NCBI GenBank assembly: GCA_964590645.1
Contig: CAZPYJ010000018.1
Coordinates: 9,753-73,752, forward strand
Source: an uncultured Lentimicrobiaceae bacterium
GTDB taxonomy: Bacteria > Bacteroidota > Bacteroidia > Bacteroidales > JAGNHN01
Reading direction: 5' to 3'
Length of the DNA: 64,000 nt
The notes under the pieces are model-generated. The model searched no databases and was not told the DNA's origin. It saw only the letters and a program-made list of their open reading frames with translations. Positions 43,979 through 53,685 of the stretch are shown here, piece after piece. The translations under genes and the position numbers were made by a program. How positions within the stretch are numbered: position 1 is the stretch's first letter; the number at the start of each line of letters is the position of its first letter.

Positions 43979-44886
43979 ATCGTGATCCGGCGAATATCCA
44001 GTTTGTCGAGATCGATGGCTCCTATACCCATATCGGCGGCTTTACGGATATGGCCCACCCCGGTGGGGTCGGAGCCAAACACCTTGGCCGCCGCTGCATC
44101 GGCCGCGACCAGGTCAGGACTCACAATTTGCATTTTGTAGATTTTGGTATCAGCCACCGAAACACCGCGTGGCCCGTTTTTCATCATCACGCGATAGGCA
44201 TCGATGACATTCAGGTCGGGCTTGCGCCAAAGCGGGAAATCGGCGATGCATTGATGCAGGTCGTTGCGATGCCAATACCTTCTATCCCAGACGATGCCCA
44301 TCAGGTTTTTCATTGCGATGGAGAGATCGGCGCTGCTGTGGTGTTTCAGGACTGGAACATTGATGAAGACATCCGATTCGAGGATGAGTTCGTGCACTTG
44401 CGTTTCTTTCAGCTTCACTCCACCTGGTATGGTGACTTGCTGGTAATAGCCTTCCAGATGGCCGGGAACCATTTTGGCTCCGGCATCTTTCGCTGCCTTT
44501 TCAATACCACTGTTGGCATAACACAGATCCCATTTATCGCAGGTATTATCAAAGACGTATACCTCTCTGGCTCCGGCATCGAGGCAGTGCTTCACTATCC
44601 TTCCCACCAGTCCGGGATGCGTATTGGCAGCCCTTTCCGGGGCTGCATCCCATCCAATATTGGGTTTGACTACCACCGTTTGCCCTTTCTTCACAAATGC
44701 GCTCATTCCACCCAGGGCTGCAATGGCCCGGTCGAACATTGCTTCCGGCTCTCCCCCCCTGATGGCTGCCAGGTGTGGCACAGGTGTAAAAAGTGCACTG
44801 CTTGCCGCCCGTCCCCAGGAGGGAAGCAGCGTACTGCCACCAGCCAGCAAGGCCAATCTGATCATTTCCCTGCGATCCATATTCAA
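43975..44886 (-). CDS. DUF362-family protein with twin-arginine (Tat) signal
   Basis: MNMDRREMIRLALLAGGSTLLP is Tat-like. GQTVVVKPNIGWDAAPERAANTHP matches the DUF362 core pattern. There is a 4-nt ATGA overlap with the polyferredoxin gene. Confidence 0.65.
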   Translation of the reverse strand: MNMDRREMIRLALLAGGSTLLPSWGRAASSALFTPVPHLAAIRGGEPEAMFDRAIAALGGMSAFVKKGQTVVVKPNIGWDAAPERAANTHPGLVGRIVKHCLDAGAREVYVFDNTCDKWDLCYANSGIEKAAKDAGAKMVPGHLEGYYQQVTIPGGVKLKETQVHELILESDVFINVPVLKHHSSADLSIAMKNLMGIVWDRRYWHRNDLHQCIADFPLWRKPDLNVIDAYRVMMKNGPRGVSVADTKIYKMQIVSPDLVAADAAAAKVFGSDPTGVGHIRKAADMGIGAIDLDKLDIRRITI

Positions 44887-44897
44887 GCGAATTTCTT

Positions 44898-44905
44898 CAA
44901 AAATA
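44898..44905 (-). promoter_or_regulatory. -7 box (TAttTTTG) for the DUF362-polyferredoxin operon
   Basis: caaaaata on the plus strand, 11 nt upstream of the ATG at 44886. Confidence 0.45.
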
Positions 44906-44977
44906 ATACTTTCCGCTTACAGAATAAGGAGGGAATGCAAGGAAATGGTATTTTTGGGAGATAAGTCAAAAACGGAT

Positions 44978-45490
44978 ATGAACACACAGGTCAGAAATTT
45001 CCCACTTGCACCCGCCTTCCTATTGAATGCCAGTGCTTTGCTTTTTGTTTACTTTGTCCCCGCCCTCTCGCATCTGATCGGGGTTCCGCTCTACCTCATT
45101 GAGCCTATGCGCCTTGCCGTGGTGCTCGCCCTGGTACATACCCGACCCGGGAACGCCTACCTGCTGGCCCTTACACTTCCTTTATTCAGTTTCGCAGTCA
45201 GTGCGCATCCTCATTTGCTGAAAATGCTGCTGATCACAGGCGAGTTGCTATTGAATGTCTGGCTGTTCTTCTTCCTGATGAAACGCTTCCGTATCCATCA
45301 GGGGGTGTCCCTGGGCCTGTCCATTCTGCTCAGTAAGGCGGTGTACTACCTCGCCAAATTCAGCCTGATCTCCGCCCTGCTGATTGAGGGCAGTGTCATT
45401 TCCACTCCTCTTTGGATCCAGTCACTGACGCTGCTTGCCTTCGTCGTCTATCTGGGTGTGATGCGGAAAGAGTCTGCCGGACAAGCCTAA
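44978..45490 (+). CDS. Hypothetical polytopic membrane protein
   Basis: About 5 hydrophobic helices. Start is the ATG at 44978 or 44945. The longer ORF from 44624 overlaps the DUF362 gene and is rejected. Confidence 0.45.
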   Translation: MNTQVRNFPLAPAFLLNASALLFVYFVPALSHLIGVPLYLIEPMRLAVVLALVHTRPGNAYLLALTLPLFSFAVSAHPHLLKMLLITGELLLNVWLFFFLMKRFRIHQGVSLGLSILLSKAVYYLAKFSLISALLIEGSVISTPLWIQSLTLLAFVVYLGVMRKESAGQA

Positions 45491-45496
45491 AGGCCG

Positions 45497-46642
45497 ATGG
45501 CCGGGATATATGTTCACATCCCTTTCTGCCGGCATAAATGTGGCTATTGCAATTTTTTTTCCGTAGCAAGCCTCAGGAAGAAAGATAGCCTGGTAAGGGC
45601 GATCATTCAGGAGGCCCGGCAAAAAGCGGTACACTTTTCCGGACAAATCATTTCCACCCTTTACCTGGGGGGAGGCACTCCCTCAATGCTGTCAGACGCA
45701 GATCTTTTTCATATCCTGAGAACACTGCAGAGCGAATATTCAATTAGTGCAGATGCAGAGATAAGCCTTGAGGTTAATCCCGATGACATCGGGCCGGAAA
45801 GGCTGTATACGTGGAAGGAAATGGGATGGAACCGCCTGAGCATCGGCATCCAGTCGTGGCATCCGGATGACCTCACTTTTCTGGAAAGGAAGCACAATCA
45901 GGCACAGGCCCGCAAGGCTGTCTGCCAATGCAAAGAGGCAGGCTTTGAGGATCTCAGCGTTGATCTGATCTATGGTATTCCCGGGCAGGACCTGGATCGC
46001 TGGCGCGACAACCTGGCGTTTTTTCTGGAAACAAACGTCCATCATCTCTCTGCCTATGCCCTAACGCTGGAGGAGCGCACAGCTTATGCCCATCAGGTAG
46101 AGAAAGGGAGGCAGCAGCCCCCGGACGATGAAGCGGCCTTTGGGCATTTCTGTCTTTTGCAGGAAATGATGTCTGAGGCCGGATTTCTGCAGTATGAAGT
46201 TTCTAACTTCGCCCGCAAGGAAGCATACAGCCGCCACAACAGGGCGTATTGGGAGGGAGTTCCGTATCTGGGCCTGGGGCCTTCAGCCCATTCCTACGAT
46301 GGGAGTAAACGTGCGTGGAATGTAAGTGGCATTCAGTCTTATCTTGATGGCATCGAAGAAGGGGATGCAACAGAAGGATTTGAGATGCTGCAGCCCGCCG
46401 ACAAGGTGAATGAATATTTAATGACCGCTCTGCGCACGATATGGGGATGCCGATTCAAGGAGTTGATCCGCCTGGGAGGACAAGGTTTACTGGAGGAAAC
46501 CGCCGGAAAAATTGAGCCTTACATCCTTAATGGCTGGGCTTTGCAAAAGGATGATGCCTGGGTTTTGAGCAGGGAAGGGCTTTTTCACGCCGACGGGATT
46601 GCGGCTGAGTTGTTTGTAAGCAGCAGTTGGTCAGAGCAGTAA
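45497..46642 (+). CDS. hemW: Radical SAM heme chaperone HemW
   Basis: MAGIYVHIPFCRHKCGYCNF (CxxxCxxC) and an overall HemN-like layout without the HemN N-terminal extension. Confidence 0.85.
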   Translation: MAGIYVHIPFCRHKCGYCNFFSVASLRKKDSLVRAIIQEARQKAVHFSGQIISTLYLGGGTPSMLSDADLFHILRTLQSEYSISADAEISLEVNPDDIGPERLYTWKEMGWNRLSIGIQSWHPDDLTFLERKHNQAQARKAVCQCKEAGFEDLSVDLIYGIPGQDLDRWRDNLAFFLETNVHHLSAYALTLEERTAYAHQVEKGRQQPPDDEAAFGHFCLLQEMMSEAGFLQYEVSNFARKEAYSRHNRAYWEGVPYLGLGPSAHSYDGSKRAWNVSGIQSYLDGIEEGDATEGFEMLQPADKVNEYLMTALRTIWGCRFKELIRLGGQGLLEETAGKIEPYILNGWALQKDDAWVLSREGLFHADGIAAELFVSSSWSEQ

Positions 46643-46645
46643 AGA

Positions 46646-47779
46646 TCAGAGCAGATGCCGGAAAGGGATGAGCAACCATTCCACCGCCTTCTCAATTCCA
46701 GGCCTTTGCAGCCACTTCTCATAATCAAAAGGAATGCTCTGCTTGATGGTTCCGGCAATATGGTCAGACAGCTGTCGAATGACCTCCGGATGCCTTCCGA
46801 TCACAATCATCTCAAACATATAACGGAAACTGCGGTAGTCAAAATTGGAAGATCCGATGGAAAACAACTCCTGGTCGATCATCATTATCTTGGCGTGCAG
46901 GTTGGAAGGTTCATAGAAAAGATAACGGACGCCGGCCCTGTGCATCATCCCCTGATAATGGTTGCGGAGCAGATCCACCAGGCGCACATCCGAATGCCGC
47001 GGGATCAGCACCAGCACTTCCACTCCCCGCATTGCGGCATTCATCAGGTCCCGCCGGAGAATATGTCCCGGAAGAAAATAGGGGGTCTCAATAATGATTT
47101 GTGTTCTGGCCCTGCGGATCAATTGCTCATAACGACTTTTGATCTGCTGACGATAGATCGAGGGAAGGTCGCGGATAATCTCAAATCCCTGGTGTCGCAA
47201 TATGCGCTTAAAGGCAAATTTCTTAAAGATGTACTTTTTGTATATCTCAAAACTTTCGTGAAAGGTGCGGGCCAATACCGGTGCCAGGCTTCCACAGGCC
47301 CTCAGCATCATTTCACGCCAGTTCAGGCTGTAGGCAGTAAGATTAGCCGAACCCGTCCAGGCAATTTCCTGATCCACAACCAGGAGTTTACGATGGTTTC
47401 GTTTGTGGTTTTTGGTAAAAAAATCCCAGAACAGCTTGATTTTTCTGAAGTAGCGTACCTCCCCACCCCGGCAGGTAAGGGCGGCGAAGAATGCGTCAGC
47501 ACGGCCTGTGCCCCAGGAATCGACCAGTACCTTCACCTTAACCCCCCTCGCAGCCGCCTCCGCCAGGGCATTCCGGAAACGCTCCCCGATGGCATCTTGG
47601 TTAAATCGGTAAAACTCTACCAAAATCTCGCTTTTAGCTAAGGCAATATCGTTGAGCATTGCAGCATAAAAACGGAAAGGATCATCGTATAACTGATATC
47701 GGTCTTCCACAGCTGGTTTGAAAAGGATAAATATAAGAAGGCCGGGGCAATGCAGCAAACCCTGATAGTATAAAAACAA
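46646..47779 (-). CDS. Phospholipase D-family protein (cardiolipin synthase-like)
   Basis: Two HKD motifs (HRKLLVVDQEIAWTGSANL and LHAKIMMIDQELFSIGSSNFD). The start is uncertain (TTG at 47779). Confidence 0.7.
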   Translation of the reverse strand: MFLYYQGLLHCPGLLIFILFKPAVEDRYQLYDDPFRFYAAMLNDIALAKSEILVEFYRFNQDAIGERFRNALAEAAARGVKVKVLVDSWGTGRADAFFAALTCRGGEVRYFRKIKLFWDFFTKNHKRNHRKLLVVDQEIAWTGSANLTAYSLNWREMMLRACGSLAPVLARTFHESFEIYKKYIFKKFAFKRILRHQGFEIIRDLPSIYRQQIKSRYEQLIRRARTQIIIETPYFLPGHILRRDLMNAAMRGVEVLVLIPRHSDVRLVDLLRNHYQGMMHRAGVRYLFYEPSNLHAKIMMIDQELFSIGSSNFDYRSFRYMFEMIVIGRHPEVIRQLSDHIAGTIKQSIPFDYEKWLQRPGIEKAVEWLLIPFRHLL

Positions 47780-47868
47780 GACTGAAAGCCCATCGCCTGA
47801 AAATGAAAAGACTACTCAGGTTGACAAGCGTCAAAGGATTGAATATCTTCACCCTTCATTCCTGCCCT

Positions 47869-48876
47869 ATGAAAGAAGCCCAGTATTATTCCTCGGATGG
47901 TATCCGGACCGAATGCCTGCTTTGTCCGCATCATTGCACTCTGGAACCGGACGATGCCGGACGATGCCGTGTGAGGCGGAATGTAGGGGGAAAAATGGTC
48001 ACGGATGCCTATGGACGCATTTCTGCAGCCCACCTCGATCCGATTGAAAAGAAACCCCTGTATCATTTTTTTCCCGGCCGGGAGATCTATTCTGTGGGAA
48101 GCATAGGGTGCAATTTGCGATGCAAATTCTGTCAGAATTGCCAGATATCCCAATCCTCGGCCGATGATCTCCCCCTCCTCGCCCGCCGTAAGCCGGAGGA
48201 GGTGGTCGGAGAAGCCCGGAACCTGCCCGGTAATATAGGCCTGGCCTATACTTACAATGAACCCGGAGTATGGCTGGAATTCTTGCTGGATATGGCACGG
48301 GGGGGCCGCCTTGCCGGAATGAAGAATGTGGTGATCAGCAATGGATTTTTGTCTTCCGGCCCCCTGGGTGATCTGATGAAGCTTACGGATGCCTTCAACA
48401 TCGACCTGAAAGCCTTCTCCGAAGATTTCTACCGCAGGCTTACTTTTTCTTCTCTTGAACCGGTGAAGGACAGCATCCGCCAAATCCATCAGGCAGGCGT
48501 ACACCTGGAGATTACGCATCTTTTGATCCCCGGACTCAACGACAAGGAGAAGGAGTTTGAAGAGATGGTAAGCTGGCTGGAATCTACCCTGGGAGAAAAC
48601 TGCATCCTGCACCTTTCCAAATACTTCCCCAACTACCGGCTGAATCATCCGCCTACCCCTCTTTCCACCCTCTTGAAGTTCTACCATATTGCGAAGAAGG
48701 CTTTTCCCTTTGTATACCTGGGCAACGTGGGATATCAGCAGGAAGGCAGAGATACACACTGCAGCGACTGCGGACAAACTGTGATCCGGCGCTCGGGATA
48801 CCAGACAGATACCTCCGGCCTGAATTCAGAAGGAAAGTGTGTGCATTGCAACCACCAAATTGCCGTCAGCGCATAA
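47869..48876 (+). CDS. amrS: AmmeMemoRadiSam-system radical SAM enzyme
   Basis: ECLLCPHHCTL..GRCRVRRN, then DPIEKKPLYHFFPG and the cluster CNLRCKFCQN. This matches the family pattern as I remember it. Trimmed to the ATG at 47869. Confidence 0.75.
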   Translation: MKEAQYYSSDGIRTECLLCPHHCTLEPDDAGRCRVRRNVGGKMVTDAYGRISAAHLDPIEKKPLYHFFPGREIYSVGSIGCNLRCKFCQNCQISQSSADDLPLLARRKPEEVVGEARNLPGNIGLAYTYNEPGVWLEFLLDMARGGRLAGMKNVVISNGFLSSGPLGDLMKLTDAFNIDLKAFSEDFYRRLTFSSLEPVKDSIRQIHQAGVHLEITHLLIPGLNDKEKEFEEMVSWLESTLGENCILHLSKYFPNYRLNHPPTPLSTLLKFYHIAKKAFPFVYLGNVGYQQEGRDTHCSDCGQTVIRRSGYQTDTSGLNSEGKCVHCNHQIAVSA

Positions 48877-48908
48877 TTGATCTGTAAAACAGTCCGGCTG
48901 CTAGCCGG

Positions 48909-48916
48909 TATTTTTG
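48909..48916 (+). promoter_or_regulatory. -7 box (TAttTTTG) for the ftsX-uppP-truB operon
   Basis: Exact match, 25 nt before the ATG at 48942. Confidence 0.5.
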
Positions 48917-48941
48917 TAATTTCGTCCCCTGCTCACTTTCA

Positions 48942-49820
48942 ATGGCAAAACAAGAGGAAAAATACAACCGGCGAAGACTCAGAAATGCTTACGCCACTAC
49001 GGTGATGAGCCTCTCCCTGGTTTTGTTTATGCTGGGTTTGCTCAGCCTGATCATCCTTCAGGCCCAACGGCTTTCCGATTATGTGAGGGAGAATATCGGT
49101 TTTTCCATCGTTCTGAAGGAAGACGTGAAAGAGGCGAGCATCCTGACCCTGCAAAAAAAGCTGGAATTGGAGGCATTCGTTAAATCTGCCGAATACATTC
49201 CCCGGGAAAGGGCAGCCCAGGAGTTGATTGAAGACCTGGGAGAAGATTTTATTGATTTTTTAGGGTATAATCCCTTGCTGCCCACCCTGGAGGTGAGGCT
49301 CAGGGCACATTATGCCAATGTGGACAGCCTGGCGGTGATTGAGAAGAATCTTCTCACCAATGACGATATCAAAGAAGTTCATTACGAAAAATCCCTGGTA
49401 CACCTGGTCAATGAGAATCTCCGAAAGGTAGGCGTGGTCTTGCTTGGATTCAGTATTGTCTTGCTGCTTATTGCTATAGCTTTAATTAACAACACCATAC
49501 GACTGTCTGTGTATGCCCGCCGTTTCCTGATTCGCAGTATGCAATTGGTGGGGGCTACCCAGGGTTTTATCCGAAAACCCTTTGTCCTGAGTGGCATAGC
49601 CCAGGGAATCTACGGTGCATTCATTGCCCTGCTCCTGCTCAGTCTGGTATTGTATATTACCCGTATGCAGATGCCTGAAATTATTTTGCTGCAGGATATC
49701 CGCCTCTACCTTTCGGTTTTTGCTTTCGTTTTGCTCTCCGGGATACTGCTCTCCTGGATTTCTACTTATTTTGCAGTCAGAAAATACTTGAAAATCAATA
49801 CAGACAGTCTTTATATTTAG
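48942..49820 (+). CDS. ftsX: Cell division protein FtsX-like permease
   Basis: One N-terminal TM, a periplasmic domain, then three C-terminal TMs. It sits in the Bacteroidota context ftsX, DUF3098, uppP, truB. Confidence 0.8.
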   Translation: MAKQEEKYNRRRLRNAYATTVMSLSLVLFMLGLLSLIILQAQRLSDYVRENIGFSIVLKEDVKEASILTLQKKLELEAFVKSAEYIPRERAAQELIEDLGEDFIDFLGYNPLLPTLEVRLRAHYANVDSLAVIEKNLLTNDDIKEVHYEKSLVHLVNENLRKVGVVLLGFSIVLLLIAIALINNTIRLSVYARRFLIRSMQLVGATQGFIRKPFVLSGIAQGIYGAFIALLLLSLVLYITRMQMPEIILLQDIRLYLSVFAFVLLSGILLSWISTYFAVRKYLKINTDSLYI

Positions 49821-49825
49821 GCTTT

Positions 49826-50146
49826 ATGAACAAGAAGAAAAAGATGCGTCACCTGAAGCAGGGTGCAGGTAATCCTCAAACACCGGCCCGGCCTTCCGGG
49901 AAATTGCCTGACTTTGTTTTTGGACGGGAGAACTATATTATTGTCCTTGCCGGCCTCGCCCTGATTGCTTTGGGATTCATTCTGATGATCGGAGGGGGAT
50001 CCAAGGATCCCAATGTTTTCAGTGAGGATATTTTTAACTTTCAACGCCTGACTTTGGCTCCCATTCTGGTTCTGGCCGGATATGCCCTGGAGATTTATGC
50101 AATTATGCACAGGCCCCGAAAAACAAGCCAGGAAAGCGAGGACTGA
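49826..50146 (+). CDS. Small membrane protein (DUF3098-like)
   Basis: 106 aa with two TM helices (FGRENYIIVLAGLALIALGFILMIGGG). Its position after ftsX matches my memory of DUF3098. Confidence 0.55.
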   Translation: MNKKKKMRHLKQGAGNPQTPARPSGKLPDFVFGRENYIIVLAGLALIALGFILMIGGGSKDPNVFSEDIFNFQRLTLAPILVLAGYALEIYAIMHRPRKTSQESED

Positions 50147-50152
50147 TCAGCA

Positions 50153-50935
50153 ATGAGTTGGCTGGAAGCACTGCTCCTGGGCGTACTGCAGGGCCTGACA
50201 GAATTCCTGCCGGTCAGCAGCAGTGGGCATCTGGAACTGGGAAAGGCCCTATTCGGGGTGGATCCGGAAAACAGTCTCTTGTTCACTGTTGTGGTGCACG
50301 GAGCTACTGTATTGAGCACCATTGTCGTTTTTCGCCGTGATCTTGCCCGGCTGATTGCCGGAAGCCTGAAGTTCAGATGGAATGAGGAAACTCGATACGT
50401 CCTGCTGCTTCTCTGGTCGATGTTGCCGGTCTTAATCGTAGGGCTGTTTTTCAAAGCGGAAGTGGAATCCCTTTTCTCCGGACGGATTGTCTTTGTCGGC
50501 ACAATGTTGATCGTGACGGCATTATTGCTGGGGACAGCCCACTTTATTCCTAAAAAAGAAGGGCCTATACGCACTACTGATGCTCTTATCATCGGCCTTG
50601 CCCAGGCACTGGCCGTGATTCCAGGGATTTCGCGCTCAGGGGCAACCATTGCTACCGCTTTATTACTGGGGAAAGATAAGCGTAAAGTAGCCCGTTTTTC
50701 TTTTCTGATGGTACTGCTTCCCATCATCGGGGCCAATATGCTTGACCTGGGGGAAAGCATTGGAACAGGAAGCCTGAACGGAGAAGCGCTTCCCCTTGTG
50801 ATGGGTTTCATCGCTGCTTTTCTTACCGGATGGCTGGCCTGCCGCTGGATGGTGGCCCTGGTAGAAAAGGGGAAATTACTGATATTCGCTTTATACTGCC
50901 TGCTTATTGGAAGCCTGGCCATCATTTTTGCCTGA
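50153..50935 (+). CDS. uppP: Undecaprenyl-diphosphate phosphatase
   Basis: LLGVLQGLTEFLPVSSSGHL and PGISRSGATI motifs. Confidence 0.9.
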   Translation: MSWLEALLLGVLQGLTEFLPVSSSGHLELGKALFGVDPENSLLFTVVVHGATVLSTIVVFRRDLARLIAGSLKFRWNEETRYVLLLLWSMLPVLIVGLFFKAEVESLFSGRIVFVGTMLIVTALLLGTAHFIPKKEGPIRTTDALIIGLAQALAVIPGISRSGATIATALLLGKDKRKVARFSFLMVLLPIIGANMLDLGESIGTGSLNGEALPLVMGFIAAFLTGWLACRWMVALVEKGKLLIFALYCLLIGSLAIIFA

Positions 50936-51651
50936 TGAAAGAAACAGAGACCAGGAATCTGGATTTTCAGGAAGGGGCTGTGCTATTGATAGACAAGGCC
51001 GTGGATTGGACTTCATTTGATGCTGTGGGGTACCTGCGCAGCGGTTTGAACCGAATTTTAAATATCCGCAGGATCAAGATTGGCCACGCCGGCACACTGG
51101 ATCCCAAGGCTTCCGGTTTGCTCATTATCTGCACCGGCAAGTTTACCAAGCGCATCAACGAGTTTCAGGATATGGAAAAGGAGTATACCGGCACCATAAG
51201 ACTGGGGGCTACTACGCCTTCCTTCGATCTTGAAACGGAGGTAGATCGTGAGTACCCCTATGCCCACATTACTCCGGCCCATCTGGAAGAAATCACCCCT
51301 CGTTTTCTTGGGCCTGTTATGCAGGTTCCTCCTGCTTTCAGCGCGATTCATATTGAAGGCAAAAGGGCTTATGAACTCGCCCGCAACGATGTCAAGTCGG
51401 TAAAAATGGCGGCGCGGGAAGTGTTTGTGCATTCTCTTGCATTCACCCGCCTGGCCCTGCCCGAACTGGACTTTACAATCCGTTGTGGCAAAGGAACGTA
51501 CATCCGATCCCTGGCCCGGGATATCGGACAAGCTCTGGGTAGTGGGGGCCATCTGACCGCCCTCAGACGCACCGGAATCGGTCCTTACCGGGTTGAAGAT
51601 GCCGTTCAGGTGCAGGACTTTCTGAAAGACTTGCGGCAGATCAATTCCTGA
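50935..51651 (+). CDS. truB: tRNA pseudouridine(55) synthase
   Basis: The ATG at 50935 overlaps the uppP stop (TGATG). Contains LLIDKAVDWTSFDAV and the catalytic HAGTLDPKASGLL. Confidence 0.9.
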   Translation: MKETETRNLDFQEGAVLLIDKAVDWTSFDAVGYLRSGLNRILNIRRIKIGHAGTLDPKASGLLIICTGKFTKRINEFQDMEKEYTGTIRLGATTPSFDLETEVDREYPYAHITPAHLEEITPRFLGPVMQVPPAFSAIHIEGKRAYELARNDVKSVKMAAREVFVHSLAFTRLALPELDFTIRCGKGTYIRSLARDIGQALGSGGHLTALRRTGIGPYRVEDAVQVQDFLKDLRQINS

Positions 51652-51869
51652 GAAATAAGAGTCTAAGCAACAACATTTCAATCCTTTCACAGTATCTGCC
51701 TCACGCATTCACTTACATATTGATATACAGCCTGATAGTAAAAAAACAGCGCGGATTGTTTCTGAAAACGGATTTGCAGCCATAAATGGATTGGGTTCAT
51801 TGAAAAGCTAATTCTCGTAATCTCAACATTTTATATAGATAAATACTTGACATAGAGTGAGAGAATCAT

Positions 51870-51877
51870 TACCTTTG
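51870..51877 (+). promoter_or_regulatory. -7 box (TAccTTTG) for queA, with TTG about 20 nt upstream
   Basis: Exact match, 50 nt before the ATG at 51928. A cTTGa at 51846..51850 is spaced like a -33 element. Confidence 0.5.
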
Positions 51878-51927
51878 CACATCTTTTTGAGAGGGATTAC
51901 TGTATCGGGTTTTAGAAGACGAGGAAG

Positions 51928-52977
51928 ATGAAGCTATCACAATTCAGGTTTGATTTACCTGCCGGATTGATTGCGGATCAGCCAACGCAAAACAGGGAAG
52001 ATTCCCGTTTGATGGTGGTAAATCGCGCCAACGGAGAAATATCACATCATATGTTTGCCGACATTGTCCGCTTTTTTGATGACGGCGACGTGATGGTGTT
52101 GAACAACACTAAGGTATTTCCGGCAAGATTGTTCGGGGAGAAGGAAAAGACAGGAGCCAAAATTGAGGTCTTTTTGTTAAGAGAGCTCAACAGGGAAACC
52201 CGTTTATGGGACGTACTGGTAGATCCTGCAAGGAAAATCCGGATTGGCAACAAGCTGTATTTCGGTGAAGATGAAACCCTGGTGGCAGAGGTGATCGACA
52301 ATACCACTTCCCGTGGGCGTACCTTGCGTTTTCTCTTTGATGGACCTTATGAAGAGTTCAAAAAGACCATTCAGCGCCTGGGGCATACCCCGCTCCCTAA
52401 ACTGCACAATCGTCCTGTAACCGAGGACGACAAAGAGCGCTATCAGACCATTTATGCCAAGCACGAAGGTGCGGTTGCCGCGCCCACTGCAGGCCTGCAT
52501 TTCAGCCGTGAACTGATGAAACGGCTTGAGCTGCAGGGGGTCGGTTTTCCGGAGGTCACCCTGCACGCCGGCCTCGGCAATTTCCGTACCATCGATGTGG
52601 AAGACCTGACCAAGCATAAAATGGATTCTGAAGAGGTGATTATCCCTGAACTCAGCTCCCTGATGGTAAACCAGGCCAAGGATGCAGGCAAACGCATCTG
52701 TGCGGTAGGAACTACCACAATGAAGGCCATCGAGACTTCGGTGTCCATCTCCGGCCACCTGAAGCCCTACAAGGGATGGACCAATAAATTCATTTTCCCT
52801 CCCTACGAATTCAGCATCGCCAATGCGATGATATCCAATTTTCACCTCCCCCTCTCGCCTATGCTGATGATGACGGCTGCTTTTGCCGGCTACGACTTGC
52901 TGATGAAGGCTTATGACGAGGCCATCAAGGAGGAATACAAGTTCTTTACCTATGGGTCGGCAATGCTGATCCTGTAA
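51928..52977 (+). CDS. queA: tRNA preQ1(34) S-adenosylmethionine ribosyltransferase-isomerase
   Basis: [29 protein letters not shown] and GTTTMKAIE are all typical of QueA. Confidence 0.95.
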   Translation: MKLSQFRFDLPAGLIADQPTQNREDSRLMVVNRANGEISHHMFADIVRFFDDGDVMVLNNTKVFPARLFGEKEKTGAKIEVFLLRELNRETRLWDVLVDPARKIRIGNKLYFGEDETLVAEVIDNTTSRGRTLRFLFDGPYEEFKKTIQRLGHTPLPKLHNRPVTEDDKERYQTIYAKHEGAVAAPTAGLHFSRELMKRLELQGVGFPEVTLHAGLGNFRTIDVEDLTKHKMDSEEVIIPELSSLMVNQAKDAGKRICAVGTTTMKAIETSVSISGHLKPYKGWTNKFIFPPYEFSIANAMISNFHLPLSPMLMMTAAFAGYDLLMKAYDEAIKEEYKFFTYGSAMLIL

Positions 52978-52995
52978 GCCCGTGCATCAATCCTG

Positions 52996-53685
52996 ATGTC
53001 AGATTACGCCATTATCGTGGCCGGTGGCCTGGGAAGGAGAATGGGGATGGAAGCCCCCAAGCAATTTCTGAACCTGGCTGGAAAACCGGTATTGCAATAT
53101 GCCCTGGATGCATTTAAAACAGCATTACCAGGCATCCGTTTCGTGCTGGTGATCCCTCAGGCTTATGAAAAAGAAGCTACAGACATCCTTGGTGCCTGCG
53201 GAGTGACGGAGCGTACCCACCTGGCCTTAGCCGGCAGAGAACGCTACTTTTCGGTGCAAAACGGATTAAGTTTTATCCCGGCCGGTGAGGGCCGCATTGC
53301 CGTACACGATGCTGCACGCCCTTTGGCCTCCCCCTCACTCATACAGCGGTGTTTTGATGCCCTCAAACTGGCAGAGGCAGTGGTCCCGCTGATTCCGGTT
53401 CACGATTCAGTCAGGATGATCAGGGAAGGAGGAGGCAGCCAGGTCCTTGACAGAAATACACTTCGTGCCGTACAAACCCCACAGTGCTTCCGAAACGATA
53501 CGCTCAGAAAAGCCTACACCCTCCCTTTCGACCCGCTCTTCACCGATGATGCATCCCTGGCAGAAAAAGCAGGGGTCCGGATTCATTGGATAGAAGGAGA
53601 AACAGCCAACCTGAAGCTGACCACTCCTGAGGATATGATCATTGCAGAAGCCTTACTTGCAGCAAGAGGCATCAACGCACCCTGA
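52996..53685 (+). CDS. ispD: 2-C-methyl-D-erythritol 4-phosphate cytidylyltransferase
   Basis: AIIVAGGLGRRMG, VHDAARP and VQTPQCF motifs. Confidence 0.85.
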   Translation: MSDYAIIVAGGLGRRMGMEAPKQFLNLAGKPVLQYALDAFKTALPGIRFVLVIPQAYEKEATDILGACGVTERTHLALAGRERYFSVQNGLSFIPAGEGRIAVHDAARPLASPSLIQRCFDALKLAEAVVPLIPVHDSVRMIREGGGSQVLDRNTLRAVQTPQCFRNDTLRKAYTLPFDPLFTDDASLAEKAGVRIHWIEGETANLKLTTPEDMIIAEALLAARGINAP

